From assembly GCA_028534125.1 (NCBI GenBank), contig CM052823.1:81220001-81284000 (forward strand): DNA of 64,000 bases, in the 5' to 3' direction. This DNA comes from Lama glama. Lineage: Eukaryota. Under the pieces are notes generated by a model. It ran no database searches. It saw nothing but the letters and a program-made list of their open reading frames with translations, and was not told the origin of the DNA. Shown here one piece after another: positions 13,192 to 26,419 of this stretch. The stretch's first letter is position 1. Every line of letters starts with the position of its first letter. The position numbers were made by a program, and so were the translations under genes.

Positions 13192-13700
13192 TAGGAGTCA
13201 TCCACTGTCATGTAGCAAATCACCTCTAAACCTAACAGCTTAAAACCAAAAACATCCACAATCTCACAGTTACTAAAACCCAGACACCTAGGAAGAGCTT
13301 AGTTGGTTCTGACTTAGGGTCTTTTATGCGGTCGCAAGTCAGCAGGGGCTGCAGGCACCTCAAAGCTCCACTGCAGCTCGAAAACCATCACCAAGTTCAT
13401 TCAGGGGGTTAGTTATTGGGGCGCCTCAGTTCCTCGACGGCCTTTGGGCAGAGGTGTCAGCTCTTTGCCATGGGGGCCTCCCCACAGGGCTGCTCATGAC
13501 ATGGCAGGGAGCTTCTCCCAGAGTCAGAGGTCAGAGAGAGGGAGAGAGAATCCAAGATAGAAGGCTGGGTCCTCTGCGATCTAATTCCAGCATGACACAC
13601 CATCACATCCGCTGTTTGCAGTCACACACTTGAATGCTGGTACCATGTGGGAGGGGCCACACAGAGGTGTGAATACCAGGAGGCAGGGACCTTCCAGGCC
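13192..13700 (-). mobile_element. MaLR solo LTR (MLT1F-like)
   Basis: tgtagcaaatcacctctaaacctaacagcttaaaac...atctcacagtt...gggcctccccacagggctgctcatgacatggcag...cacagaggtgtgaataccaggaggcaggga. Confidence 0.8.
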
Positions 13701-14859
13701 CAGGAGGGTGCCGAGCGTGGTGAGGTTCTCAGTGGGAGGTATCCACACTGCAGCCCTTGGGCAGGTGAGCCCACCCAGCCTCACTTTGCCCTTCTATAAA
13801 AAGAGGGTAGCAGAGTTGCCAGGGATCAACAATGTCTAGAGAAACAGCGCATCTCCTCTGGCTAAACTGGAAATATTATTCACAGGGCTCTGTACAAAGA
13901 AGTGTTGTACAAAGAGGAGGCAACATTATTTTGATTGTCACTGGCAGTCGTGGTGACACACGGTTCTGGGGACTCCTTCTCTGGTGTGCTCTCACGCCCG
14001 ACCCGCCCGTGTCCGTCAGCGCCAGTGTGCATTTCAGACTGCCGGTTCCCGACGCCCAATAATGAAGTGTTGCAGAAGACAGCTTGGGCAGGACCTCTTT
14101 CATGATCTGTTAGAGCTGATTTATAATTAGCCTTTCACCTGAATGCAAATAGGCAGCCTGAAGTTCTTGCTGGTTCTCGCTTGAAGATGATCTCTTCTCT
14201 TCATGTAAATATCCTCCCTTCATCCTGTCTACTTAGCAACTCTGGCTCTCCTGTTTAATAGGCAGTATGAAAGCCAGCATCAGCCCGGCCCTCTCTGAAC
14301 GTTACAGGCTCCACATCGCCCAGCTCTTGTGCCAACAATCCCACCTGAAACCCACCTGGCCGCCCTCCCCTCCCGGACCCCTTGTCCTGCCACAGGGGCT
14401 CTCAAGACAGATCTAGTTTAACTCTGGGCATTGAGAACACCGAGAACTTTCTCACCAGGAAATGCCTCTTTTTGGAACCCCCTCAGTGCTGGGAAGACAA
14501 AATGAGCACTGGAGAGGTGTCAAGAAACTAGAGTGCCCATCCTGGCTCTGACCCTGGTCCAGGTGTGGCCGCTCTGAGTGATTCAGATCTGGTTATCAAA
14601 GGCTCAGTGCCCCCACCAGTTACTCACCCAGCTCTTCTGTGCCTTCTCCAACAGCCCCCACCTCGCCTGCCCTACAGCACCCCACCAAAAGCAAGCGATA
14701 CGCAGCCTTCTGGCTACTCTTCATAGTTCTGTTTCTCTCCCTCTGGGTTTTTCTTTCCTTCTCGACACTGGCAAGACCCACCTAAGTGTGTCATGCACGA
14801 GGCATGGAACCGTTCTGACTCTGAGCTGGTAATTCAGCCTCATCTTCACAACCACCATA

Positions 14860-15050
14860 GCTGCCCCCTCCTGAGCACTCACCATGTGCCTGGCTCTACT
14901 CTACCACACTGACTTCACAACAGCCCTGAGGTTGTCACTCTCACCATCTCCATTTTATAGATGAGGAACCGAGGTTCAGAGAGGGTAAGCAACCTATTCA
15001 AAGTCACCCAGCCTGTGTGAGGCAGAACCAGGATTCAAACACAAGCTATC
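14860..15050 (-). mobile_element. MIR SINE
   Basis: ccattttatagatgaggaaccgaggttcagagagggtaagcaacc...aaagtcacccagc...aggattcaaac. Confidence 0.85.
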
Positions 15051-15430
15051 TGGGACCAGGGTGGGCTCTCGTAAGACTGACTTCTTCCTCTGCAAAGAAT
15101 CTAGACTTCTTGATTACAGGCCTATTTCTTTTACACACAGTCAGCATCTGTAAGTATTTGCTGATTGACCACAGGCTTCCGTCCTAGACACTGTAAGCAT
15201 ATGGCGAAGCATAAACCCTGTCTGCCCCTTTCCAGAGCATATGATCTAATATGTGATAACAGACAAATCCAAACTTTTCATAGACTCGGGGGATTTAGAA
15301 AGAAAGTCTTCCCAACCCTCATTTTGCAAATAAGGAAGCCTGAAAAGATCTGGTGAGTTGCTTCTGATCACACAGCTCCCGGTCCCAGAGCCAGGGCATG
15401 AGCTCTGTCCGTCTGGAGGTCAGGCAGGAG

Positions 15431-15652
15431 CAGTGGTTCTCAGTGGTCCTCAACTGGGGTGACTCTGCACCCCAGGACACGTGGCATTGTCTGTGGACAT
15501 TTTTGGTTGTCACAGCTGGGGAAGAAGTTGCTACTGGCATCTCACGAGGGGAGGCCAGGAATCCTGCTCAACAGCCTGCAGTGCACAACGCCCCCCCGCA
15601 ACAAAGAATTATCGGGCCCTAAATGTCAAAAGTTCTGAGACTGAGAAACTCG
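15431..15652 (+). mobile_element. MER20 (hAT-Charlie)
   Basis: cagtggttctc..aactggggtgactctgcaccccaggacacgtggcattgtctgtggacatttttggttgtcacagctgggg...tgctactggcatct...aacaaagaattatc.ggccctaaatgtcaa. Confidence 0.9.
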
Positions 15653-16914
15653 CGCTATAGGACTCCCCAGCTCCATGTAAGGCTCTTTGCTCCTCTTGCT
15701 TACTCATAGTCATCCACAGCTGGGCAGCTTGTCTGAGTCCTCTTTGGTTCCAGCATCCAACAAAGTACTCGGTGTGGAGTAAAAGCTCACTGAACGAGAG
15801 AGGGAGGAAAGGACAGGACAGGGAGAGAGGAAGAATGGAAGGAAAAGAAAGACAGAAAAAGATATCGGCTTTCCTGGTGGACAAGAAAGTCAAACTCTAT
15901 AAATCAAGACCTCTGTTCATAAAACAGAAGACTATTGACCATTTAATCAATTCTTGCACATTTTTCCAGACAGAAGGCTGACTGTGAATACCTTCTTAAT
16001 TACGCTTCAGCATAATTTAAGCCTATACTAATAAAGTGAATTAAGAGAATGAACTCCTGCTACAGAAATTTTCCCCCTGTGAAAGTAAGTCCTGATTGAT
16101 GGATGTGATGGAGCTAGTGAGGTACAAATGCACTGCCCTTTTTATAAATAACTGGTTCCTTAGAGGTGTCTGCTGGGAAAATTGCAGTAGTTACAGCTGC
16201 CACTGAGGAAAGCTTAATAGACAGCTCTCATTCCAAGACAGCTGAGCCCCAGAGGAGGGCTGGCCAGTGGGCTGCAAATCCTGATATCCAAGGGCAGCTA
16301 ATGCTTCAGCTCTCCACCAAATGACAAATGGCTCCCCTGTCAGAGCTAGCAGGTGATGCCCCAGTCCCCCCCCCCACCGACCCGCTACAGTGGGGCGATC
16401 GGTCAGCAGCCACTAATTCTCAGTTTGGGTGGGGAAGAGGGGGGAGGTCAGCCTGTGGCTACTGGGCAGGGAGAAGGGGTCTCTGAGCCTGGACACCTTG
16501 CTGGGAAACACAACTCCTGCCCTTTGTGGCAAGTGAGACTCCACGGCCAACCAGAGGAGCACAGCGCTTCTCTGTGTTCTCCTCAAGGTCTTGTGGGCAC
16601 CCAGAAAATACCTTGAAACCATCACATGACAAGTCCTTGTACGATCCTCTCTCCCTCCCTCTACGGCTCTCCCCAGCACCTAAGTCATGGGAGCCCTCCC
16701 CTCCTCACCACAGATGTGCCTCTTCCAAAACCAAAATGATGCCTCCCACAGGAGGCTGCTCCCAGGCTCCGCATCAGGACGGTACTCTCCCCACTCCATG
16801 CCCCAGCGGCACATGTGCCTCCCCTAAAGGTCCCTGGCACGCTCCGCCCGCTGAACGCCCCTGGCTGGGAGCTCAGACCTGCCTGGCTGCCAGACTTTGT
16901 TCTGCTACCTCCTG

Positions 16915-16989
16915 CAGTGCTGTCACCACCTGCTGGGTCCTCCACTGTCTCAGTGCTGTCACCACCTGCTGGGTCCTCCACCGTCTCAG
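16915..16989. repeat. 36-bp tandem duplication (2 copies, 1 mismatch)
   Basis: cagtgctgtcaccacctgctgggtcctccac(t/c)gtct repeated twice. Confidence 0.95.
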
Positions 16990-17347
16990 CCACAACAGGC
17001 AGACTTGCCACGGAGACCGCAGAGCCTAGGTTTCAAGACCCCTCCCCTGCCCAAGCCCCTTCCAAACCCGACATAATCAGGAGTCATGATTTTGTACTCC
17101 TTTTCATAAAGAGGCACCCCAAACGGTATCTACGAGTCAGACCCCACAGAACCTGGCTCTTCCTCGCCCACAGTGATCTCCACAGAGCCCTGCATACCCT
17201 GCACATAATAGGTGCTTTATGAGGATTGAGAAGAGTGGATCCTGACTACGATCACAATCGATGAGGGATCAGTAACAAAACAGGGAAGATACGTGCTTCC
17301 CTCAGGCAGGCTTTAGTAATTATTCTAGCCAAAAAGAACCAGCTAGT

Positions 17348-17463
17348 CCAGGGGTTCTCAAACTCCAGCGTGTGGCAGAACCCCCTGGAGGCCAGAGTGT
17401 CTGGTTCAGAGGGTCCCGGGCAGGACGGAGAATCTGCACCACTCACAAGATGCCCAGTGCTGC
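17348..17463 (+). mobile_element. MER5A-like hAT fragment truncated by the gap
   Basis: caggggttctcaaactccagcgtg..gcagaaccccctggagg...tctggttcagagggtc...gagaatctgca...cacaagatgcccagtgctgc. Confidence 0.7.
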
Positions 17464-17963
17464 NNNNNNNNNNNNNNNNNNNNNNNNNNNNNNNNNNNNN
17501 NNNNNNNNNNNNNNNNNNNNNNNNNNNNNNNNNNNNNNNNNNNNNNNNNNNNNNNNNNNNNNNNNNNNNNNNNNNNNNNNNNNNNNNNNNNNNNNNNNNN
17601 NNNNNNNNNNNNNNNNNNNNNNNNNNNNNNNNNNNNNNNNNNNNNNNNNNNNNNNNNNNNNNNNNNNNNNNNNNNNNNNNNNNNNNNNNNNNNNNNNNNN
17701 NNNNNNNNNNNNNNNNNNNNNNNNNNNNNNNNNNNNNNNNNNNNNNNNNNNNNNNNNNNNNNNNNNNNNNNNNNNNNNNNNNNNNNNNNNNNNNNNNNNN
17801 NNNNNNNNNNNNNNNNNNNNNNNNNNNNNNNNNNNNNNNNNNNNNNNNNNNNNNNNNNNNNNNNNNNNNNNNNNNNNNNNNNNNNNNNNNNNNNNNNNNN
17901 NNNNNNNNNNNNNNNNNNNNNNNNNNNNNNNNNNNNNNNNNNNNNNNNNNNNNNNNNNNNNNN
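17464..17963. other. Assembly gap (500 N)
   Basis: Run of n. Confidence 1.
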
Positions 17964-20900
17964 TGAAATTTCCTCTTTCAGTTTCTCTCTCTCCCTCTCC
18001 CTTTCTTCAGGAAAATTTTAGATTCTGTTTCTGGTGTCACTTCTAGCTTCCTGACATCAGAAATCTGATGAACTCAGACTCTATATTATTATTCAAATCA
18101 ACAGCAAAATTACTAAGCCAAAGGCAAGGATTGGACCCGAAGTTGGAGCACAGGAACACTCCCTTCAAGAACACATCAGTCAGCCCAGATATTGGTCCTT
18201 TCAGCACCTTGGTCCAGTTAGTTATCCATCAATCTAACTGTTCTTGCAGCCAGTCCATACCTAGATTTTCTGAAAAAGACTTAAGCAGCTCAGCATACAT
18301 ATATTCAAATGCATCCACCCTGTCCCCAAATAATCATTACTTGGAAGTCATTCTTGCTATTTTCTATGTCTTAAGCTTTTGGGTTTTTTTGTTTGTTTGT
18401 TTGTTTTCCAATTCTACACTCTAGTGTTTCTTTGGTGAGGACAGATCTGCTCCCAAAATGACAAATAATTTAGAAACATTTTTAAGTTACTTTTAACATA
18501 CGCGTCAGTGAACAAAGAAATCATAGTTGGTGATGGGGTGGGGAGGGAGGAAAAAGGGAACTTACATAGCTTTAGCTCTTACAGGAATTTTCATCAGTGC
18601 TGGCTGAAGTGGGATGTGATATCAGATTGGGTCTAATCCTAAGAAGGAAGGTTACATTAAATTGCCTGAATATATTTACCGGTTTTTACAATACCATTTT
18701 TTAAAACTCTCTGTGGAAGCCAATTTCCTTATGAGAAAATTATCCTACCAAGATTTTTTAGAATAAACAAACGCAGAAGTTCTCTCTTAACCTAACTCAG
18801 TCATCTGTCTCTAACACTGTGATTCTGAGAACAGACATTGGTGCCATCTTAGAGAAACTGGTTCTCTACCCTTCAGGAATTTTCTGCAGCCTGAATTTCG
18901 GTATGAAAAACCTAAGGTTGGAAAGACTAACTAGTTATCTGTTATGTATCTTAGTGTTAGGGGGTGGGAATAGAATCCCACCTCGGCCACACTCCTGAGT
19001 AGGCTAGAATTTAATGGGATTCTTGAGATGTGTGGGCTGAGAGAAACACAGTAGCTGAAAGATGCTCGAGGCTGGACCTGAGGCCTGACTAGGTAACTGA
19101 CGGGCAAGGTCGGGGAGTTGGAGCCTTGTGTGGCTCTTAGTGACACTACAGCTCCTGGAATGAGGCAAGAAGAGGCCGACACGCCAGGACATCTTCTCCT
19201 TCTCTCTCTTTCTCTGCTGTTCCTCTGATGCCCCACCCCCATGCAGAAACCCTTTGGCCCTTCTCCTCCTCTGAAGTCCCACAGCACTGTCTGTACCTCC
19301 CTGCAGCATCTCTGCACTCCTATACTGTTCTTTATGCACAGGACCCACCCTCCCCACCAGACAGTGTGCACCTGGAAAACAGGCTTGTGACTTACTCATC
19401 CACATATCCTGATCACTACCTAGCACACAGTAGGTGCTGAGTATATAGTCCACTAAAAGAAAGAAACGTTTGAGGGGCATCATTACTCAGCATCTCCACT
19501 TGGGTTTATACATTTTTGTGTTCAATTTCATGTAAGTTTCTCCCTCTTTTGCAAAAACATTATAATGTAGCTTGCCATCATTCTTACTTTGGGGTCACAC
19601 ATGTCAATGCAGTTAGCCTCAAGTGACTAATGTGTGGGCAGCAGGGGATAATGCTCCAAAATCAGAAGTAAAAGACTCTCAATGCTAAAGAGAAGGTACA
19701 GAATGAGTAGGGCATATTCATTCACATATGTATCGAATAAGCAACTCTTGGAGTGTTCCCATGTGCCAGAAAGCATGTTGGGCCTTGGGGGTATAAAGAT
19801 GAATGAGACACGGTGACCACCACCCAGAAAAATCTCTCAGCCTGGAGATCTTCCCCAGTCCTTCAGCAAGCATTTAACGAGTCCGTGAGGTGCTGAAATA
19901 CTTCTTATAGCCGTTCTCCTTTTTTAAACAAACACTTCTATCATAAAGGCCAGGCATCACTGATGATGGCATATAGATATAAATAATTTACATATGTGCT
20001 TTATAAACATTAACAATTATCTTTGTAACAACTCTGTAAGGTTTGCACAATTAATTACTTATTATTACAGATAGATCATCTCTTTTAATCCTCACAGTTG
20101 AATGAGGACAGTACTGCTAGTTCTGTAACAAAAATGAGAGAACTGAGGCTCAGAGAAGTTAACTATTTTACCCAGAGTCACACAGCCTATTAAGTGGCAG
20201 AATCCGGATTTTTTTCTTGAGATAAGAGAACTCAGTGTGCTCCTTAAACCCTGGTCAGAATCTGTCACTCGATTTGCCTGATGTCGATTCTGAGGCTGGA
20301 GGAGCAGGGCAGAAGCCAAGGTTGGAGACCAGCAGGAGGATTGGAGAGGTGGCTTATAATATGACTTTCGGGGCAGCACAGGCCCTGGGTAACTGGGATC
20401 TGGGAACATCACAGCGTCTTTGGCAGGACCCCAGGAGGCAAAGGTTTAGTTTGCATGGACAGAGCCCATGGTCCTGGCCCCCACCATCATTCTACCTGCC
20501 ATTCAAACAAGCAGCACCCACGAGGGTCTTGTTGCCATCAGGTCAGGCTTCCAGGAGCAGGGCTCAGCCCCTGCGTGCCCACCTAGGGCAGAGGGCATGC
20601 AAACTACTGTCAACACCTGTCTCCATGAGGCCCCACACCTGCCAGGGACCAAGCACAGAGCAAGCATCCGAGAGCAAGTCACCTGAGCAGAGAGTGCAGT
20701 GCAGAAGCCATGGAGAAGGAATCTTCCCAGCCTGTGACTCTGCAGGCATTAGGACCCACACCACTCAGAACCCAGGGCAGACCACACACACGCACGCATG
20801 CACACACGCATGTAAGTGCACGCACATAGGTGCACGCATGCACCTGCTCCTTAACCCTGTTTCCTCATGTGGGCATTTTCCTAAGAAAACCAGAAAGCAG

Positions 20901-21960
20901 CACTCCCCAGCTCATGATCTGTTTCAAGAGCTGTAAGGACCTAAATTCCAAATGGAAAGAAGGAAAGAAATGCTCAGGAACCCCTGTTTACCATAGAACA
21001 TCATACCCCAGTGTGAAAGCTTATTCCGACAGACCGGGCCGGAGTGCAGGGCCGTGTGGCATCCTAACTGGAATAAACGAGCTCCATCCAGACTCCACTG
21101 GAACACCAGGTCTGCAGCACAAATACCTCCTTTATGGCTGGGTTACCCCTGCCCCAGATGGGCCGCTAACCACTCAGAGCAGAGGAAAAGAAACATGCCG
21201 TTGTCAGGAGCCCCACAGTGGAAGTGAGGACAGCTGCCCCTTCCGACGTTTTGCTTTTTTATACCTTGTGGCCCCTTTAGACCCTTCAGAAAAGAGATGG
21301 TTTCTGAGTCTCAAGCAGGCACTTCTTCAAGCCAAAGCTACAAAAAAATTCCTATTTTATCCAATTCTCTCTCCAGAGGTCAACACCCCCCTACACACAC
21401 GTAGGGGGGCATTCAGGTGGTGTGGGACAGCATTCAACAGGCAGAGACAACTCAGCACTGTCCGAGGACTGCACTGCTCTGTCCCTCAGCCTGAGGCGCT
21501 AGGTCAGTGAGGTCCTCTCAACACTTTGAACAACTCATTTTATAGATTTTTGGTTGTTAAGAACAAATTTGGATTTCTTTTCCTCCTTTTCTCTTTCTCC
21601 TGGCAATCTCAAATGTGTCAAAAGAAAGGAAATTCCTACCACTATTGTCAGAAACGAAGCTGAAATAACACGCCCCCATTAAACACCAGTGCTCTTTTCA
21701 CCAGAAAGCAGCACACCAAGAGCAACAGAGCTCGAAGTAATACCCAGGGCACAGGAATCCAAGTGGCCCCATTATCTCAACACCAGGAGAGTGGGGGAAG
21801 CTGTACTCCATTTTATAAGGACTGTTGTGCTTCTGGTGGCAAAGAAATGACCTCCCGGTTCTTAAGTGGCATCAGAGACAGCAAGCACACAGCCTGAGAA
21901 AGAACAGAACTCACATGGTCAGATATTTTCAGTCATATCAGGCTTCAAAACCTGAGTCAC

Positions 21961-22443
21961 CGGCCATAAAAAAAAAAGAATAAAATGCCATTTGCTGCAA
22001 CATAGATGAACCCAGAGATCGTCCTACTAACTGAAGTAAGCCAGAAAGAGAAAGAACAATACCATATGATGTCACTTATACATAGAATCTAGAAGAAAGA
22101 AAAAAAGACACAAATGAACTTATTTACAAAATAAAAACAGACACAGAAAACAAACTTATGGTTACCAGAGGGGAAAGGAGGTGGGAAGGGATAAATTAGG
22201 AGTTTGGAATTTGCAGATACTAACTACTATGTATAAAATAGATAAACAACAAGGTCCTACTGTGCAGCACAGGGAACTATATTCAATACCTTATAATGGC
22301 CTATAATGAAAAAGGATATGAAAAGGAATGTATATGTATATGTGTGTATAAAAGAGTCACTATGCTGCACACCAGAAATTAACACGACATTGTAAATGTT
22401 GTAAATCAACTATACTTCAATTGAAAAAACAGCAACACAAAAC
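21961..22443 (+). mobile_element. 5'-truncated, relatively young LINE-1 3' end (artiodactyl-type) with TSD
   Basis: gccataaaaaa..gaataaaatgccatttgctgcaacatagatg...aacaacaaggtcctactgtgcagcacagggaactatattcaatacc...gtaaatcaactatacttcaat plus A-rich tail; TSD acctgagtcac at 21950-21960 and 22444-22454. Confidence 0.92.
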
Positions 22444-22689
22444 ACCTGAGTCACGAAGAAGCTGTGGTAATCAGTGGGCAATTTTCCCAGGGAATGAAAA
22501 TTCCCTGGAGACTGGGCATTAGAGGTCCCCACTTTTCTGGGGCATCTAAAACTTGACGTGACCGCACCGGCAGGGGCCGACAGTCCATGAACAGGCAGAG
22601 ACCGATGAGGTCGGGACGCCACTGTAAAGCTACCTGGGAGCTAGGCTGGAGGTGGGGCTGGTGGGAGCAGACTCTGGTCTACATACTGA

Positions 22690-22900
22690 CCAGAGCTTCT
22701 GCTGTGTACAGTCCCAGCCCCACCACTCACTAGCCATGTGGCCTCAGGCAAGTTACATAATCCCCAAGCCTCAGTTTCCTCATCTTTAAAAGGCAGAATA
22801 ATAAAAGGTGAATGTACTTCACAGGGTTGTTGTGAGGATTAAGTGATTTAATAGAAAAGCGTTTAGAACCAGGGCTCAGCACATAGCAAGTGCTCAATCA
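22690..22900 (+). mobile_element. MIR SINE
   Basis: cccagccccaccactcactagccatgtggcctcaggcaagttac...gcctcagtttcctcatct...cacagggttgttgtgaggattaa. Confidence 0.85.
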
Positions 22901-25900
22901 TTACTGTTGTCGGACAGTCAGCCTGGTAGGTAGGGAAGCCTGCGAGGTGGAATCTTCAACAGTGTAAGTCTTCAGAGGCTGCTCTGATCTAACGGCTGCT
23001 GTGGGAATGTTCCCCCCTTTACTGTACCGAGATCTGCTTCCTTCATGCTCCACCGAGCCCCACACCAGCCTTTCTCTTCTTTGGCTAAGTATCCCTTAAC
23101 TGGTCCTCAGGAGACATGGTTTCCAGTCCCTTCACCTTAGGTCACTCTCCTTGGAACAAGTTCAAGTTGCTAAACGTCCATCTCTTAAGCCAGTTCCCAC
23201 TCAAATCAACATTCCAAGATGAAAACCATCACCTCCACCGCCGAGTACGCACTTGCATTCGTGGGACTTGCAACTGCCTTCTTGGGGCTGCAGGCGGGAG
23301 TCAGAGCTGCGGAGCCGGCGCACGCAGCCTCCTGAGCTCCCTGCTCACAGGAGATGGTGGTGCCTCCTTTGGCCGCCCCACCCTGACCCCCATGCCTCTG
23401 ATAGAGGAATCCATCTGTTTGGAGTCCCCTCCTCACCCAGCCAGCCTGGAGGGACTTCCGTGGAGGGAGGGCAGCAGTCTTGGCCCGCAGTCTGTCCCCC
23501 TCAGCCTTGTCTTTGGGAGGTGTGCCCTGCCTAGGCTGCACTTGGATGGCTTGACAACACCTGTCAGCCCTGCTCTGGTCTCACACAAACGCTGGTGTGG
23601 GACTCATCCCCCAGCACCCGTGCCTCACAATGGGGCTCTGCCTAGTCCAGGAGAGGAGAGAGCGTAGGAAGGAGATGGCTGCACTGCCTGTGGCATCGCC
23701 GGGGACAAGGGCGTTGTTTTGCTGCCTTCATAGATCTCTAAACCCACAGCTAGGCTGGAGCCCAGAAACAGAAGTCACGCCAGCCTGCTTCGGCACTACT
23801 CCTGCCAGGCCTGAAAGGGCACACTCACACAGGAGACGCTCGGCCAGCTGTTCAGCGACAGCCACAGCTGAGGGGATGGGCCCTTGAGCAGGGCAGAGGC
23901 AGAGGAGAAGGCACAGCCAGGGGGGCCCGGACACCTGTGCCCGACCCCCCTCCATTCCCAGTCAATTATGCCTGCAAGTCCAAAGCCAGACCCCTAGCTT
24001 TTGAGAAACGCTTGCGGGCAGGCGGCAATATTTTCTTTCTCCAGATGATACCGACCGCCAAGAGGCCCCTACAATAAAGCGCTAGTGTTCTCCCTGGAGA
24101 CACAGGCTCAAACTGTGCTCTGCTCAGAGCTGGCACTGTTCCCTGCCTCCCAAGCCCCGCTGGCTCCCTCCATCCCAACCCGGGAATGACGCTGCAGGTG
24201 CACGGAGGCAATGAGGCGAACACCAGCAGGTTTACCTGCTCTGACGGGCTCGGAAATGAAATTGCTTTTTACAGTGGCTAGGCTATCTGGAATTCCTTCT
24301 TTCTTTCTCTTATCTGCTCAGGTGTCTTTCTAACCAAAAGAGAAAAATATATTTGTTTTCTTTTAAAATAAAATTGAAACCAATCTAAGCCAAAGTGAGT
24401 CAACTTAGTTGATTAGTAAACATACAAATGGGATCATCTCTGTCCTTGGAATGTGATCCTTCACCTTTCTGCAGGTCATGTGACATACCTTTGTTCAAAT
24501 TACTTCTTTTAATCAGGGCTCTGCCCTCCCCCCAAAAGTAGGAGTACTTACTTTACTTAGATAAACAAAAGCGTTCACTAAAGTGGTCCCCCTCTAGAAG
24601 AGAGAGTGGTCCCTAGGACAGAGTTCAGCTTCTGGAATTCTGGAATGCAGAAAGCACCATTTGCCAGTGACTTTAAAAACCCTCCCAGGCACTGCCAAAA
24701 ATTAAGCCGATTGTCCCCGAAGCAGTCAGTCCAGTCCAGTTCCCTTCAAGACAAGTGACCCGAACACAGGTCTCGGGGCTTTCCTAGTGCTCTGTGGCCA
24801 CTATCAGGGGAGGAGATCCTTAACACTCACACTTTGGTGAAGCAGAAAATGCCTTTCCCAGCTCCTTACCTTTCCTATAGGCCTACCCCCACCCTCTTTA
24901 TTAATGAATTTGTTAATAGAGGAGAGTTTGAGAGCATCAACTTTGCTCTAGAACAAAGCTGTATGCATTCATCCCCAAATGCAGTGCTGACGGCTGAGGG
25001 AGTGGCTTTAAGGCTAAAGTCTTTCTGCTGAGGTTCTCACGTATCCCAGCTTCTTGGACGCCTTTTTCTCCCCATTCGTTTGCACCCTGCCCAGCCCCAC
25101 GTGTGAAGAACCACTCAGTATGTCCTGATCTTGGTGAAAGGACCACGGGCTTTTTCACCCATTGCTCTTGCTGCTTTTTCTCATCATTCCTCTACACATC
25201 TTCCTTTCCTCTCTGTTGAGTGCAGGCTGTAGCCAGTATTCCTTCCTTCACCACAGCCCAGTGCATTTGTGTCTGGTCCTATATCAAAGCACACCTGGTG
25301 CAGTGACTCTTTTAGCTACTACAGAAAAGGCTAAAGAATAAAACAAGCCAAATGAAGTATAGTAAAGAGGATGTGCAGGGAATGGTGGGGGACCCATTAC
25401 CAAAATCCTCTCTTTGTTACCAAATCTATAGGTTCCCCTCAGTGTTGCCTGAGAAAGACATCAGTCCACGACCAGTGGTTCAGATAAAATAGAATCCATC
25501 AAATTCGATGCCTTGACTTCTCTCCAGATGACGGGCCACATTCTCCACTCTAATTCCAGAGCTGGCCCAGGTCTCCTTGAGGTCCATTAACTCCTATTAG
25601 ACAGCCCACAAATCCCAGGTTTTCTGGGTTGGCACAGAGTATTTGGAAAAGCATTGGGATCCTAGAGAAGCTGCCCACTGGCTGTGGGCTGGTTATCCTC
25701 TCTTGAGTCTCAGTTTCCCCATTTGCAAAGTGTCACAATGCCATCTAACCCAAGGGTTTCTGTGAGGATCACATACTAGCCTCATAGGGGCTCAGTAAAT
25801 ACCTATTCTCCTTCAGAATTCATTTCCCACCATCACTGGCACAGCCCTAGTTCTTCTACACCTTTCTAGAGCATAGCAGTCATACTACTGCTTGCCAATT

Positions 25901-26419
25901 CTTCAGCAGGCCAGCACCCTCTGTGTATTCTCAGTGCTTTGCCACAACCCTTACAGGGATGCAACTCTGTGTCCTACGCGCCCCAGTTTACACTGCTTGG
26001 TGATCAAGACTCACACCTGTCACTAGCACCAGTGACAGCATGTCTATGTTTGGAAACTGAAAAGTGTTATGCAAAAGTGCTTCATAATACTATAATGAGA
26101 ATTCTATCAATGGGAATCTACCATTGTATCTACCAGTCAAAAGTTTACTTCTCATAATTGGTATCATCAATTAAATGAATTCTGAACAAAAGAGTTTTTA
26201 AAAATAGCAACGCTATTTTCACACTATTTTATTTCCATAAGACTTCAATCAGTTCCACAGCTAACGAAAATGTGAAAGTACGGAATTCTATTCATTCCTC
26301 CATTCATGGGACACATATTTACTGAATTCTTTCTGTGTGCCAACACCGTGCGAGGTGCTGGGCACGTGACGGCAGACACAGCTGACGAGAGCTCAGTTCC
26401 CCGGGAGAGGAAACAGATA

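Noticed and set aside
16915-16989. 36-bp direct repeats as a possible CRISPR-like array
   Set aside because: Only two adjacent copies, no spacers, no cas genes, eukaryotic DNA.
17370-18046. 198-aa and 224-aa ORFs
   Set aside because: Artefacts of translating the 500-N gap.
20235-21510. Two long overlapping ORFs (233 aa and 226 aa)
   Set aside because: Non-ATG starts, no recognisable domain, low-complexity S/P/Q/H-rich translations that cross a CA/CG-type repeat, and no exon-like splice structure. Expected by chance in GC-rich intron.
23116-23667. 183-aa ATG-started ORF
   Set aside because: No homology I recognise; composition typical of non-coding GC-rich DNA.
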